Source: Trypanosoma brucei (taxonomy: Eukaryota). Taken from it: a stretch of DNA of 64,000 nt. The stretch spans positions 320,001 to 384,000 of the forward strand of contig CP000070.1 in assembly GCA_000002445.1 (NCBI GenBank), read 5' to 3'. Position numbers and translations under genes: made by a program. The notes under the pieces are model-generated. The model did not search any database, had not been told where the DNA came from, and saw nothing but the letters and a program-made list of their open reading frames with translations. Positions 62,918-64,000 of this stretch are shown piece after piece (positions within the stretch are counted from its first letter, which is position 1; each line of letters begins with the position of its first letter).

Positions 62918-63339
62918 CGGGAAGAGTCGAGATGCCTTGAGGTGTTCATTCATCAATGAAAGCTATTGGTTCAGTTGTGTTTCTCCCTTATTAATTTTTC
63001 GGTACGTATGCACCATTTACTATTTGTGTGTGAGGGTAAAAAGGAGGGTGTGCAGGTGCTCTTTGCGCGCCGCGTACTGGTTATCGACGTTGACAGTTCT
63101 CCCTTTCATTAAATATTGCTGTCGTCCACATAACGTTGGAGGTGCGTGTGTCTGTGTTGTACACTGGACTCGTGGGAGAGGGACTGTCAACGACTATTTG
63201 TGTAAGGAGTAGTTGATCATGTACCACCTTAGCCAGTGAAACTCAAATACATAAACAAATAGAGATGTCTCCGCTGGCAATAGCTTACTAGAGACCATAA
63301 AGGGTTAGAAGGAAAAAAAACCAATATAGTAGTGACATT

Positions 63340-64000
63340 ATGGAGACTCACAACACCGAGCCACTAGGGGACTTCGCAAAGATACGTTCTCGCTGCCACA
63401 GGTATCTCCTTGCGGTCGCCACACACCTTTCTCCCATTGAGAAATACGTAGTCGCACCTGGAAGTTACAAGAACCTTGGTCTCATTGCGATAAACTGTGG
63501 TGTGCAAACCGGTTCAGGCCCCTTTTATCTACGGCAGCAACTGATCGCCCACACCGCTCTCTCCGACGCATCAATAGAACTCTTCTACAGCTCAAAATTT
63601 CCCTTCACTCTTATTTGTGGTGATACTTCATTTGGCGACGGACTAAAACCCCTCAAGACGCGGCTAATCGAAGTGGCAACCACTAACGGCGGGCCTACAG
63701 CCTACGTGTATGCCATCCCTGTACCTCATGAGATGTTGTGGAAGGGTGGGTTGCTTCCCAGCAGTGGGATGTCACTCCTGTATTTGCTTTGTTGTAAGGG
63801 TGATGCCGTGCTTCACACCCTCAGGCGTGTATTTCAGCCACCCACAATAGGTGTGGGGAGGGTTTGCGATGACCCGTTGCAACCTAGTATAACTGGTTTG
63901 CTGAGCATGGAGGAAGTGGGTAGTGGCACTTCCTTCACCAGTGACACTGCGCACACTAGTTACTTTTACAAAGGCGCTAAGGTTCGTTGTGTTGAATGCG
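63340..64000 (+). CDS. 5' part of a gene running off the window end (>220 codons open), hypothetical protein; not in ORF track because no stop is reached
   Basis: ATG at 63340 (METHNTEPLGDFAKIRSRCH...) with frame open to nt 64000 by manual translation; preceded by purine-rich gap then ccaatatag; + strand. Confidence 0.45.
   Translation, partial: METHNTEPLGDFAKIRSRCHRYLLAVATHLSPIEKYVVAPGSYKNLGLIAINCGVQTGSGPFYLRQQLIAHTALSDASIELFYSSKFPFTLICGDTSFGDGLKPLKTRLIEVATTNGGPTAYVYAIPVPHEMLWKGGLLPSSGMSLLYLLCCKGDAVLHTLRRVFQPPTIGVGRVCDDPLQPSITGLLSMEEVGSGTSFTSDTAHTSYFYKGAKVRCVEC

Noticed and set aside
1-64000. Prokaryotic-style novel defence/biosynthetic system
   Set aside because: The sequence is clearly eukaryotic and kinetoplastid-like: unidirectional long genes without operon-like packing, polypyrimidine-AG spacers, and eukaryote-specific genes such as EMC7, importin-beta, GPN2, CFAP61-like, Cfd1 and mitochondrial presequences. 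No bacterial operon structure, RBSs or defence-gene signatures were seen.

Overview
This 64 kb window reads as a trypanosomatid nuclear chromosome segment. Every supportable protein-coding gene (about 31) lies on the + strand, as expected for one polycistronic transcription unit with no strand-switch region. Genes are separated by pyrimidine-rich tracts followed by AG (trans-splice / polyadenylation signal regions), and (TA)n, (GT)n, (GGAA)n and homopolymer microsatellites are frequent. The gene content is: a protein disulfide isomerase with two WCGHCK thioredoxin sites, a tandem HSP10 pair flanking a third gene, an F-ATPase subunit c, GPN-loop GTPase 2, an Mrp/Cfd1 Fe-S ATPase, a sphingosine-kinase-like gene, an EMC7 homologue and a TUTase-family nucleotidyltransferase. 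From memory this order is most consistent with a Trypanosoma brucei-group chromosome. No search was possible to confirm this. The ORF track allows GTG/TTG starts; I re-anchored affected CDSs to the first in-frame ATG. The minus-strand ORFs are antisense shadows or reverse complements of polypyrimidine tracts. Features worth a second look: (1) a near-identical ~3.3 kb two-gene direct duplication (pentapeptide-repeat protein plus tail-anchored protein) whose second copy carries a diverged tail anchor; (2) a ~400 bp HSP10 duplication with identical CDS and 5' flank but unrelated 3' flanks, bracketing an acyl-ACP-thioesterase-like gene; (3) a degenerate, probably non-catalytic RNase III + dsRBD protein; (4) a 3.4 kb GC-rich gap (27041-30497) with no long ORF but a chain of overlapping short + strand ORFs, suggesting a frameshifted pseudogene or degenerate retroelement; (5) a CFAP61-like giant ORF with tandem dinucleotide-binding motifs. 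No rRNA, tRNA or CRISPR was identified, and this is not prokaryotic DNA.
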